Source: Protoeuglena noctilucae (lineage: Eukaryota). Taken from it: a stretch of DNA of 64,000 nucleotides. The stretch is from positions 124,001 to 188,000 of the forward strand of contig OY253669.1 of assembly GCA_958009085.1 (NCBI GenBank), written 5' to 3'. This document shows, piece after piece, positions 10,991-23,215 of the stretch; position 1 is the first letter of the stretch; every line of letters starts with the position of its first letter. The notes under the pieces were generated by a model. The model saw only the letters and a program-made list of their open reading frames with translations. It did not search any database and was not told where the DNA came from. The translations under genes were made by a program, and so were the position numbers.

Positions 10991-13323
10991 TCACCGCTTG
11001 TTGGGGTCCGGGAGTGTGGCGATGTCCGCGTCCGTGCTCCACGTGTCCGGAATGAGCTCCCTGGCGTAAGGGTACAGGTCGGCATAGGCGGCCACGAGCG
11101 TCGACTCCGCTTGGCCCGTCACTGCGGCATGGAAGGTCGATGCCGGTGGGCGTGTGGGCGCAGCGCAGCGCCGTAACGCGCGACAGGAATCCAATCTTTG
11201 TTACACAGACATGCGCGGCAGAGGTCAGTGAGGTAGGGTAACGCAGCAGGTACTAACTAAAGGGGCTGCACGCCTGGGCCACTAATGGGCCATGCGCACT
11301 GTGCAGCCCAGGGCTCGCTAGTTACTAACTCCTGCGTTGCGAGGTGACCTGACGAGACGTGCTTGGTGGTGAACGTCTGGGGCGCTTTGGGCAGCAGTGA
11401 CATCATGTAAATGATGGCGCCGGCGATTGTCGTGGGCTGCTTGGCGTCCCAAGGCCTGCAAGGGCAGTTAGCCGGCGTCGCTTTGCTTCGCTGCGAGACA
11501 CGCAACCAGCTTTGGACGCAGCCACACACGACATGCTGCCACCAACTACACGCTGCCACTCACCGGTGCGTCTTGGCCCCCGCGCCGTCCGCGTCCTTTG
11601 GCCTCGCACGGTCTGCCGCCTCCTGGCAAGCCTGCGAGAATGCTAATAATGGGGAGGGTCACCTAACTGCGCCTGTGCGCCACCGGTGTGTTACCCATCG
11701 CCACATCAACTGCCCGCTGCGGCCGACACCTCGGTCCCGAGCTGGGACTGGCGTTTCAAGTCAACCAGCGGGGTAAGTGGGTTTTTGGCTCCACAGAGCT
11801 ACAACAAACGCATTCCACGGGCTCTTGCGACCGGTCTAGTGCGACAGCGCGGGACAGGGGGTCACCGGCAATCAGTCGCGTCATGGCTCGGCACCGTCAG
11901 CTGTGGCACAACCCACAGCCCTGCAGGGCGCAGCACGCACCTGCACGAACTTCCAGTGGCTGCTGGACACGATGCCCATGTTGCGGAGGTAGCTGGTGAC
12001 GTTGGCCTGCGCCAAAGGACAACGGCTGGGTTGCAGCCATGCACGCCACGGCACAGACGGCGCAGCATGGCACGGCGCAGGTCGCTGCTCGTCCTAAGGC
12101 GGTCCTCAGAGACTCAACGACACGGCGCAGGTCGGGCTATGGCCAGAGAAAGGGCTACGTGAGTGCCATGGCGTGCACAGCCCGACTGCGACCCCTTTGC
12201 CATCCCAGCCGGCCATGGCAAACGGCGACCCCGCCTTTGCTCGCCTTAACGGGCGACCTGGCGCTGACGAGGAGCTCCCGCCACGACGCGTCGGCCTTCG
12301 CCAGGTCCTGCAATGCGGCCTCCACGGCCTTGTATGCCTTGTTAAAGACCTTGACCTCGAGCCCTGCCAAGGCGCTGACCTGCTTGAGCGTGATGACGCT
12401 GTTGTGGAGGTAGCTGGACCACCGCAGCACGGCCGCGTGCACTGCTGTGTTCTTCTTGCCGCGGATGTGCTGCGGAGAGGGACGCAATGGAGATGCATTG
12501 GTGACGACAGGGCAGTGGTGATGGCGGTGGGCACGTGTGGAGGTCGACGCGCACGCTTCCGCAGGAGCTAAACGCGCACGACAGGCCCGCGCATTGCAAA
12601 ACTTCGCCGCAGTGCGTGGGCAGCCGTGCAGGCTCGACGCCCCGTCTCGTGACTGCAGTCCATGACAGCGGCCACGCACCTGGGGGCAGTTCCGCAGGAT
12701 CTCCGCCATAATGGTCAGCGACCCTTTGAGGACGATGTCGGGTGCGTTGCACAACTCGCACCACCGCCGCAGCTCCCCCTCCGCCTGCTTCATGCGAGCA
12801 TCGTGCCCGGACGACCCCCCCGCCTTGGCCCTATTCATCGTCTGCGCAAGCATCTTCATGCCCTTCCCACCCGAGAGATACGTCCCGACGCCACCATTGG
12901 ACTTGGTGAAGTTCAGCTTCTTCCCGACGCGCTGCGGGGTTCGAAAGGACAGGGTTCGGGAGTTGGCAAGCTCCCGCAGCCCACCGCCACGCGCGTCGCC
13001 GTTCATCGCGGGATTCGTCGCCAGCGAATGATTCCATAATATGGTTACGTGCGATAAGTGCAAAGCAGGACGAAGAAACGCGTCGCGAAACGCACCGAGG
13101 GGTCGTGGTTCTGGTCCTTGTCCTTCTCGCTGAAGTCCCGCCACTCGGAACGCTCATCGAGCATCGCGGAGTCCAGAACCAGGCCACAAGCCTTGCATTC
13201 TACCCTTCCCTCGCGGGGATTGACCACCACCTCGTCGCATCCGCACTCATGGCACTGCGACCGCTGGGTAGCAATCGCGTGCGACGACCGCGGCACGGCG
13301 CCGTCGCGCAAGCGCCGTGTCAT
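10991..13323 (-). CDS. Transcription factor IIB family protein (divergent TFIIB)
   Basis: Zn ribbon CHECG...CKACG, B-reader LDERSEWRDF, linker DPS/RVG, cyclin-repeat segments RGKKNTAVHAAVL and KQPTTIAGAIIYM, and a C-terminus TGQAESTLVAAYADLYPY resembling plant TFIIB GVAEGTIRNSYKDLYP. Confidence 0.85.
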
Positions 13324-13825
13324 CGCGACAGGACCATAGGCACGCGATGTGCTTGGCAAAAAGCGCTCTGCGCCATTAATAGCGCCGGAGCGTGGCCTGC
13401 ACCTGAAGCACGCTCTGCATGGTGGCCCCCCGCAGCCTGCGGCTGCCGCCGCGCGGTTGCGCTGTCGGTGCTTCTCTATATGGCAAAACGGCGTCCGGCT
13501 GCGTGCAAAGTCGCAGACACCTGCGCTTGTGGACGCGGCTACGCTTCGCACAGCCTAAAGTCGAGCTTCCAAGACACAATAGCCTCTGCTGAGCCAAACG
13601 TCCGTCGACACCTCGCAGAAGGGCTGAATGTGCGTTCCGCTGGCGTGCCCCTTGGGTCCAAAACAAGGCATTGCTTTGACCAGTGACAGGTGACGGGGAC
13701 TGGCGCTTTCAACGAAAGCAGGGCGTGTCCTCCGCGCCTCAGCCCATCGTGCTCAAAATCGAAAATGACAATCGATCAATAAGCAACCGATATCTTAATG
13801 ACTCCTCCGCGCATGACCCGGCACG

Positions 13826-16800
13826 TCAGCCTCGCCCCCCCTTCCTCATGCCCCCTCGCATGTGCCTCGGGCCCCGCCCCGCCCCCATCCCGCCGCCGGC
13901 ATGCGCGACCCCACCCATGTGCTGCCCCCGACCCGCTCCGGGACCCCCGCCGCCGAACGCCCCCGCGACTTGCCCACCGTACCCGCCCCCGCCCCACCCC
14001 TGCGGGCCGCTGTGCGCATGACCCTGCAGCTGCATCGCCGGCGCCGCTCGCATGCCGTTGCCACGCGGCGGTGGCGGCGGCGCGACCGGCCCGACCCTGG
14101 GCTGGGCCCTGGGGGACGGCGGGCGGTCGTAGTAGTCGTGCTGGGCACCTGCGGGTGATGCAGCGGGGGCAGGTGGTGCAGCGGCGCGAAGCGGGCGGCA
14201 TGGCGGGGGAGGGTAGGGCAAGAGCATAGCGGGGCGGGGCACTGGATGTGATGGTGTTGTTGCCACTGAGTTGCTGTGCGCCCCGGACAGAAGGCGAGGT
14301 TTGTTAGCAGCCAACCAGACAAGCACAGCTCGTGAACATCGCTACTACTCAGGTAGTTTGGAAAGCAAGACAGCAAAAGGTTGAATCGCGATGCACGTGC
14401 CCTCCTAGGCCCGCCCAAGCGATGCGCACCTGCCGGGGCCGCCAGCCACCCCTGGCCTTGCTGTTGCGCATCCCAGCCCTGAGGAGTTCCTGTCGCCGCA
14501 GCACCGTGGGCCGTGTCTCCTGGCGCCTCCTGGGTCCGCTGGGACCTGCGACGGGGCCCCACGAAGCACAGGTGATGGACAGAGGGTGCTGGGGTCACTA
14601 ACACACACACTGCGTCTCGTCAACCCCCCTCACAGCCAACCCCACTCTCAGTCAACCCAACTGTCGGCCATTCCCATGCTCAAACCAACACCGCGTTCTG
14701 TCGACCTCACCCCCGCATCCCCTCCGCAATGCCTCCCACCTGCGGTCCCGGCCCGTCCGCCCCCGCCGCTCCCGGTCGCGGCCCCGCTCGCGCTCCCGGC
14801 TCCGCTCACGCCCCCGCGCCCGCCCCCCCTCCCTGTCGTGCCGCGGGTGCTTTGGCGATGGGGACTGCGACCGGCCCCCATCACTCAACGACCCACTCCT
14901 CGACGGCCGCCGCCCCCCGCGCCTCCCAGCCGGCGACCGGTCCCTGTCACGTGATGGTGAGCGGCTGTCGCTGGGCGAGCGCGTCGGTGACCGGCTGGGG
15001 GTCTGCGACGACCCCGGACCCGACCGTGACCGCGACCGCGACCGCCGCCCCCGCCTCCGCTTGGACTTGCTCAGCGCGTCCTGCATCTTCTCCACGTACG
15101 CGAGCAGCATCTGCGTCATCACCATCTGCTGCACCGCGGCCGCCTCCATCGGGGCACCCCCCACCGACCCCAAAGCGGCGAGGGCGGAGTCGGCCATGGC
15201 GGGGGTCACGCCGGGCAGCGCAGCCCCGGCGACGCCCAGCGCGGCGCGGACGGGGCTCCCGGCGAGCGCCTGGGAGTGCGGGGGCTGCCCGGCCGCCGCG
15301 ACGGGCGCCGGGATGCCCCGGCCCATGCCTGCCATGCCCAGCGCCCCGGGTGCTGCCACCCCGTTGGCCGCGTGGGGGGGTAAGGCGCTGCCCGGGGTCC
15401 CCATGGGCCGAGGGAAGGGCTTGTCGCCGGGCGAAGCGACCGGCCCTGCCCTCGCCAGCCCCACGCCGCTCGCGCCAGGGCCCTCCGCCATCCCGCCGCC
15501 ACCACCCCACGCGCCGGCAGGCCCCGCGCCCCGTCCCGCGCCATTCATACCATTAAAGCCCCCCACCGCGCCGCTCTGCCCCATGCCCCTGCCCCCAGGC
15601 ATCCCTGCAACCCCCACTCCCACGCCCCCGTTGCCCTGCACACGCATGCCGATGCCAGGCATACCCTGGCCTGGCCCCACGTTCCCGCCCGCGACCATCC
15701 CGGGAACCATGCCAGTGGCCATGCCAGAACCCATGCCAGTCTGCTGTGGCAGCCTCCCGCCTTGGGTCTCTGGCACACCACCCATAGGAACCCCACCCAT
15801 CCCACGCCCACCCTGCATGCCACCCTGCATGCCACCCTGCATTCCACCTAACACCCCGCCCGCACCCCCCACCGCGCCTGCCGCCATGCCCATCCCATGC
15901 ATCATCCCTTGCCCGGACATGTGGCCCATCCCACCCGCCCCCTGCGTGTTCATGTAAGCGCCCCCGGCACCCCGCATGCCTCCCATGCCACCCATGCCCA
16001 TGCCGCCCATGCCCATCCCCGCCGCCATACGCCCCTGGAGCATCTGCAGCGCTTGCATGGACTGACCACCCATGCCCATGCTCATGCCTGGGAATGCCCC
16101 CATGCCCTGCGCCCCCATGCCCTGAGCCTGCATACCCTGTGCTTGCATGCCTTGCCCCTGCATGCCTTGAGCCTGCATCCCCGCCTGACCCATCGCGACA
16201 CCCACGCCCCCCTGCCCCATCATCCCACCCATCCCCATGGCCCCCATGCCGCCCATCACGTGCTGCCCGTACGAGGGCAGCCCCGCACGCATGCCCACGC
16301 TCATCGGCACGCCCCCAGGTGAGTCCACAACGCCCCCTCGGTTCCTGCCGGGCGCGCTGCCCTGCGCTGAGCCGGGCCCGCCCATCCCTGGCGCGTGTAG
16401 CGCGGATTGTGGCCCCTCAAAGCTCCCCCGCAACTCATGCCCGGCCTGCTGCGTGCAATGGGGGGGCAGCAGCTACTAGCACAAGCATGCGGTGCGTGGC
16501 TGCATGCAGGCAGGGGCAGCGACAGGCACAAGCGGAGTTAGCTAAGGCCCTGCGTGGCTTTGGCACGGTCAACCGCGTTCTGGCATGCGCAAGAGGGGCG
16601 AGGCAGGCGGGACCGAGGAAGGAAGGGCAAGAGTGAGGCACGCATCGGCAAGGGATGGGGGCAAGGCACACAGCAATGCGTCCATAAACTAACAGGAGGC
16701 AAGGAAAAGCTGGCACAGTGACGATGTACGACATGGTGGCTATGCATGGGTGCAGAGTGTGCAGTGTGGGGCGGCAGCGGAAGGCGCAGAACGGCCGTGA

Positions 16801-18383
16801 GCATGATATCATGGCCCATGGGCCGACAGAGGCCCGCCGCCCTCGCGCAGGCGACGGAGACTGAAAAATGAACAAGATCATGGACGGAACAACCAGCCCG
16901 GCTCCCGAGAGCGGGCAGTGGCTGGGCGACGTGATGGCGAGAGGCACGAACCGACAACCAGAGTGCACGAGGGGTGTTGGGGTGTGAATGTGAGCGTAAC
17001 TGCCTGCTTAGGAATGTGAGAATCTGTGCTATGTGATGTGTGACGCGCGTCTGCAATCGCGCAACAAGGGAGTGTGGGAACATGAGGCAGTTGCGGTGGC
17101 TGTGGTAAGAAATGGCATGACACGGGGGCAAGGGGAACAAGAAACGACGCCATGACATCAACTCATCCATCCTAAAGCCAGCAAAGCCCTAGAGAAAGCC
17201 AGGGGTAAGGCATTGTCAGGGTGCGTTGCATGGTGGTACCCGCACACGCACATGCAACAGAGGGCAAGTGGAGGAAACAACAGGCGTGCACGGGAAGAAC
17301 AGGAACGGATGATGCATGCTAATAACAAAAGAACTCCCCAAAAGTGGCCATGGCTGGCAAACCGCAGGCCCATGGCATGGACATGGCAAAAAGGGCGAGG
17401 GTCCAAGGACCACCGGCGTGTGGTCCCTCAATGACATGCCATTGTTTGCATGCATGGCACCAGCGCGCCCCACACCTGTGGCGCGAGAGGAGGAGTGCGG
17501 GGTGGCGGAGCGGGTGCGGCGAGGGGTCGGCTGGGTGGGGGTGGCGCTGGGACAGGGGCGGGGCTCGGGCCCCCACCCCTCCCGCGGGCCGCGCCTGCGC
17601 CGCCACCTCGGCCGCGGCCGCCCCTGCCCGGCATACCCGCCGGCATCCGGCCCGCGACTGCCGGCGCCGTGCCGGGCATCGCCAAGTCGTGCCCAAACGC
17701 CTGCGTCGCGAAATACGTGGAGGCCCTCCCCAGCTGCTCGTCAGGCTTGACAGCAGCCCGATTCAGCAGATGTGTGCGCGATTAGTATGCGAAAGGCGCG
17801 CGCGCCCTCACCCGCGGCTGCTGGCCGCTTTCGGCCCGACCCCGCCCTCGGGCGTGCATCCCTGCCCCGCCGCGCCCGCGCGCAGGCCCCGCAGACCTCG
17901 GAGGGGGCGCAGGGATGCTCTGACGAGTATTTCCCGCCCAATTGTCTGGCCTGCCGGGCTGCATCGCGCCTCGGTGCGTCCCCCGGGACGCCTGCAGACG
18001 AAGGGACGTCCCCCATCACTCCGCGCCCGGCAAGCCCCCTTGCAGCACATAGGGCATCGCATCGCAGCCATGACGCGAGCTTCACCGTGCTGCGCGGAGT
18101 GGAGAGACCCGTCGTCTCGTCACCGCGCACCGCCGAGGGCGTCTTTGCCGCGGCGCTCGTCGCAGGCCGGTCCGTGGAGAACTCCCCGTCTGAGTCGTCG
18201 TGCGCAAACCTCCTGCAAAAGGTGCAGTCTCACGCTCGCAACGGGGTGCGCACGGCGTCCCGCGGGGCCGCGCTGTCCCCTGCGGGCCGTCCATGGTGAG
18301 GCCGCCCACCTGGCCACCTCCTCGTCCTCCTCCGCCCCCTCCATCATACCAGGGACGCTATCCTCCCCGTAGTACTCCTCCAT
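13826..18383 (-). CDS. Large low-complexity protein (acidic N-terminus, RGG, Gly/Met/Gln-rich and RS-rich segments); function unknown
   Basis: Start MEEYYGEDSVPG; large exon ORF 14652-16433 with QGM repeats, MGGMG runs and SRSRS; terminal exon ending RGGMRKGGRG* at 13826. Exon joins only partly resolved. Confidence 0.55.
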
Positions 18384-19211
18384 GGCGGCCCTCCTCCCCA
18401 AAGCGCACACGAGCGTCCGCGGAATCCCACTTCGTCCCCCGGAGCGGCGAGAGGAGAGACGGCGTGCGTTACCGCGACAGTTTCGCCCATCAGGAAGCGA
18501 AATCGGGTACGAAGTCCGCGAGATGAGCGGGACAAGGCCGAGGATTGACCTCGTCAGAACATGGTTTCCACGCTACTCCGGGAAACGCGGCGCTTCAGCC
18601 GTGACAGTGTTTGTCATGTCGGTCATTTGATCCCCGTCTCCTCGCCCGTTTTCTCCCGCCCGTCCTCTTGCCTCACGCGCCCGAGCTGGGCTTGGACGGA
18701 ACACCGCGGATGCCAGGGTCGCCCAGCGGTCTTGGTCAACCATCAAGCGCGTCGTGGCGGCCGTTCCGAGCTGCGTGGCCCCGGGTTTCCGCGGCCCGGG
18801 TCTCTGCGCTTACGGCGGTGTGGTGCCGCCGCCGTGATATCCTTTGTTTTCACTCTCTCATTTGCGAATAGCTCGGCGAGCGTGAAGCGGCGCGTCTCGG
18901 CGTCGAACCACGCCTCCTACCCTTCCCCCGCCCGCAGTCAGCCTGAACCGCGGCGGGGAGGATGCTGCCCACACAGGGAATTCCGAGCGCTGATGCGCTC
19001 GTGGAGGGGATGAGCGCCCTTCAGCTGGGCCAGATGGTGGGTGGGCAGGGGCTGGGCTGCCACGCAGGGACTCTGGCGCGCCCCGCGCCGCCTACAGGCC
19101 GTAAAGCGTTGCCGCATTGCGTCCTTGTGATGTAAGAGGCTTCTTCGTGCCGAGGACCGGCGGCGCGGCCCCCCCCGTCGCCCGCAGCTGGAGAAGGTGC
19201 AGGCCCAGACC

Positions 19212-21727
19212 ATGGCCGGGGACGCGGGCGTGGGCGCATCGGCGAGCGGGCACCATGGGTTGACGGACGCGTTAGAGAGCAGCAATCCCGGCGCGGAGCT
19301 GGGTCGCGCGGGGCCCAGCTCGCCCGCAGACCCGAAGCACCGGCGCACACTCTGGATGGGCGGCCTTGAGCACCACGTCAGCGAGGCGTACATCCTGGCC
19401 GCTTTCCACGCCGCGGGGAGTCACGTGCCGATCAAAGTGCAGAGTGAGCCTTGCTAGGGGGGCCGCTGACTAAAGCACCTGCATCTCTGCGCCCGCGGCG
19501 CGATCTGCTTCCACCCTGTAGTTTTCAGCGCGATCATGCTCAATTGCTTGGCCCCGCGGCCTCCGCCCGCAGTCATGCGCAGCAAGCACGCCAAGCAGCC
19601 GCTGCCGTACGCCTTTCTGGAGTTTGCCACGCACGAGGCCGCGAAAGAGGTTCTCTATGAGTTGGTGAGGGCGTGGACCGTTGCGTTAGAGCCATCGGCG
19701 GCCGCCATCCCGCTTTCTGTGGCGCGCTCGCTGTCACTGCCGCCCCGGCCAGCAACTGCAGGTACCCCTGGTAGCGCCCGCCCCGCCCGCCCGCACAGTC
19801 CGGCAAGGCCGTCCCGGGAACTACGCGTCATTTCCGTCTCAACTGGGCCGCACTGGCCGTGGGGAGCGACAGCACGTCGCAGACTTCCCTCTACGTCAGC
19901 GGCCTCCCTCACGACATGACGGACTTCACGCTGGAGAGGCATTTCCGCGACCTGTTGGGGGACAAAGGTGCGCAGCGGCTCAGTTCCGGCACGATGCCGG
20001 AATTTAACGGCCCTAATCCGCGATCGGGGCCGCGGAGATGTCCGCCCGTGCCTTGCTGTTGTAGGCCGACGCATGCTGAGGTCCTCCGCCCGCCGCCTCC
20101 GCCCCGCGCGGGCGTTCCTCTTCTAATTTTGCTTTCTTTGACGTTTCACGGCGCGATCGCGGCCCGACCCGCCCGCAGTCACCAGCGCCCGGGTCATCCT
20201 GGACCATGCGACGGGGTCCGGGCGCGGGTACGGCTTTGTGCGCTTCTCCGACGTTCAAGCTCGCAACGAGGCGCTGCAGACGCTCTCGGGACACGAAGTA
20301 CGGCCGGGTTACCCCATCCGCGTCTCAGGTGCGTCGCTGGTTGCGGGTGGGACCGCATTGGCAGCATACCCGCACCCTGCTCGCCCTTGCCACCTCGCCG
20401 GGGCTCTCCAAGCTGCTCAGACGTAAGCCTTTAGCACCTGCCACGTCGGAACCCGGATCCATTCACCGAACGCGGGCTTTCCTACCCCTTCTGCACCCTC
20501 CGCACCCTCGCACCGGCCCCGGCGCAACCACGGCACGACCACGATCCCCCGCACCCCCGCAGTGGCCACGGAGAAGCGCTCCCCCGCGCCCACGCTGGCC
20601 AGCCCGGTGCAGGACCCCCTCCACGCGACTCTCTTCGTGGACGGTATCGGGTCCATGACGTCCCCGGACGTGTGGAAGATGTTTGAGGATTTCGGCACGG
20701 TCGTGAGCGTCAAGGTCCCCGGCAACCGCAGCTACGCCTTCGTGACGTTCCAGCACAGGGCGTCCGCGGAGGCGGCCATCCGGGCGCTGCACGAGAGGGA
20801 GCTGCCCACGGGGCAGCTGCGAGTGACATGGTCCAACAACCCGAAGTCGCTCGCCCGGTCGCCCCCCACCACCGAGGGCATGCACTCCGCCGCTTTGTCT
20901 CTCCTGAACCTCCTGCCCCAGCAGGCGCAGGTGGGGCTGCTGGCCGGCCAGGCGAGTGCCGCGTGGCTTTTGCTATCGTTGCACTGCGTCGCGGCCCGAC
21001 ACGACGCCGCCTGCCGACACGGTCGCCTTTGCTGGCCCCGCAGGTCCCCGGCATGTACCTGCTGCCCTACGCCCAGCCGCCCTTCTACGCCAGCGCCCCG
21101 TCCCCCGCGCTCCTGTCCCTCCAGGCCCAGCAGATGGTCTTGGCCCAGCAGGCGGGGTACTCGGCGGCCCCCACGAGCGTCGTGCCCCCGCTGCCCTACC
21201 TGGGCGCCGTGCAGGGCGTGGTGCCGCCCCTGATGCAGCAGAGCTACCTGCAGGGCGGCATGGGCGGGGTCGCGGGGCTGCCGGGCGTGGACGGTGGGCA
21301 GGTGGCGGGTGCCACGGCAGGTAGCGGCGTGGGCACGGCCGCAGAGAGGGAGCTGGCCCTTCAGATAGGCCTGATACAGCAGCAGGCCGCCCAGCAGGCA
21401 GCACAGCAGGCAGCACAGCAGGCAGCACAGCAGGCGGCGCAGCAAGCGGCGCAGCAGAGGTGAGAGGACGGGGCGGTGGGGTGGCTCTGGCCTAGCGGGG
21501 CCTACCAAGGCTGCCAGAGGGGCGCGGCGCGGTTCGCGACACGCGATGGCGATGCGACCAGTCTCCCTCGCGCCCGCAGTGGCCAGTCAAGGCCCTACAT
21601 GAGCGCCGCTGCGCTCGACGTGGGCGCCCTGGCTGGCATGGGGTCGAACCTGGCAGGGCAGGCCCAGGGGCTCTCGGACCAGGGCGCATACCCGTTCCCG
21701 GGATACATCCCCAGCTCCGGCCTGTAA
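19212..21727 (+). CDS. Three-RRM RNA-binding protein, RBP45/RBP47/Nam8 family, with Q/A-rich C-terminus
   Basis: RTLWMGGL..YAFLEF..FRLNWA (RRM1), SLYVSGL..GRGYGFVRF..PIRVS (RRM2), TLFVDGI..YAFVTF..LRVTW (RRM3), separated by GT-AG introns. Confidence 0.88.
21378..21458 (+). repeat. Coding 12-bp tandem repeat (QQAA)n
   Basis: cagcaggcagca-type units encode QQQAAQQAAQQAAQQAAQQAAQQAAQQ. Confidence 0.85.
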
Positions 21728-23215
21728 ACGCACACGGCGCCGGCCCCAGGGGTCATTTACAGACCCCTGGCCGCATCGCCCTGGGTGCCTGGACCTCCGG
21801 CACCCCGACCCACCTCTTCCTGGACGCACACCTGGTATTGCCCGGCTCTTTTTAGCACCTGCCGGCCTCGTTGCCCTCCGGGAACCGCCGGGTCCCCGCT
21901 GTATGGTGCCCGTATGTCGCCTGTTTGCGGCTGCCCTCGACACGCCTCTTGCTGCGGCTGGGTCAGACGCCTCTCGCCACGAGGCGCGACCTGGTTCGCG
22001 GTGGGAGCACTCGCGGGCGGCCTGGCGGGCTGCGGGCCTCGCGCACTGGACGGCCCGCGAGGGAGCCTCCCCTTCGCACAGGCGCCGGCCTTGTCACGAC
22101 GAGCTGCAAGTCGTCGACTACACCGCTGGCCACGCCCGGACCTCTTTGCCTTGGCAGGATCACCCTCATCGAGTCAGAAAGCTTTGCGCGGCCTTCTCCA
22201 CGCCTTTGCCGCCAGCCCACGCCCCACGCCACCCCCGCGCCCACTCCACCTTCCGAGCGCCCGTCTCGCGCACCCAAGCCCCGTTTCCCATGTCGCTGGT
22301 TGGTACAGGAGACCCCCACCCTTCGCTGTCAGACACCCAAACGTCTGCAACGCTTGTTCTGCGATCGGCCGCCCCCTCACTTCGCCCCACTTGTTGCTGC
22401 CGCGGGGCTGGCTGCCCGCGGCTGGCCTCCGGGGCCGTTGCGCCACGGGCCCTGGAGGCCCGCACACCGCCGCCTCTGCCGTGCCGTCCCTTGCGCTTCG
22501 TCCCCTAGGACATCCCGTGCGCGCGTCGCCCACCGTAGGCCCCGCTCTGAGACCAGAGAGGGCGTCGACAGTACACCCACGCGCGTGCTTAGGCGCCCCA
22601 CAGTGGGTTGCACCCCCGGGGGCGCTGTCTTGGGACGTCTGAGGAGTTCGAGGCTTCTATTTGCGAATGCTTGGCGCGCTCTTCGGCGCGCTCGTCAGCA
22701 ATGCACGCGTCTGCGCTGCGCATCGTCGCCCCTAATCGTGGGGGTGGCGGGCGTAGTTGTCACGCCGACGGCGCCGCTGCTAGAGCCGCACTCCGCTGCA
22801 CCCACGCCCCCGCTCGTTGGCGTTTCTGAGGCCACTAACATTCAGGTTCGTACCACTCCGTTCCATTCTTTGCCCACTCTTCTGTTCAGGCCTGTGTGCA
22901 CGTCGTCCCCCCGCTCCCTCTGCCGTCTCGTCAAGCCATCTTGCAACCTGCTTTTCACGTAATAGGGGAGCTAGCTGCCATGTCACACATTGAAGGTCGT
23001 TCAAATCTCGCGAAAGCGCGGCAGCTGCGAACACTGATCAGCGTCAAACACCACCGCCATGGGCAGTCATCGACCCTGGTCCGGGATGGCAACAGTGCCT
23101 GCCTGGGTTCTTGCCAGGCCTTTTAAGCTGCTATCCACCACAGCATCGCATCGTCTGCCTATACCCAACAGCGCCCCTGAGCCCGCGACCCTGCAGCCGC
23201 CCCGGCAGGTCGTGA

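Noticed and set aside
21785..22962. 285- and 363-aa ORFs downstream of the RRM gene
   Set aside because: No codon bias or domain motif; more likely 3'UTR or intergenic GC-rich sequence.
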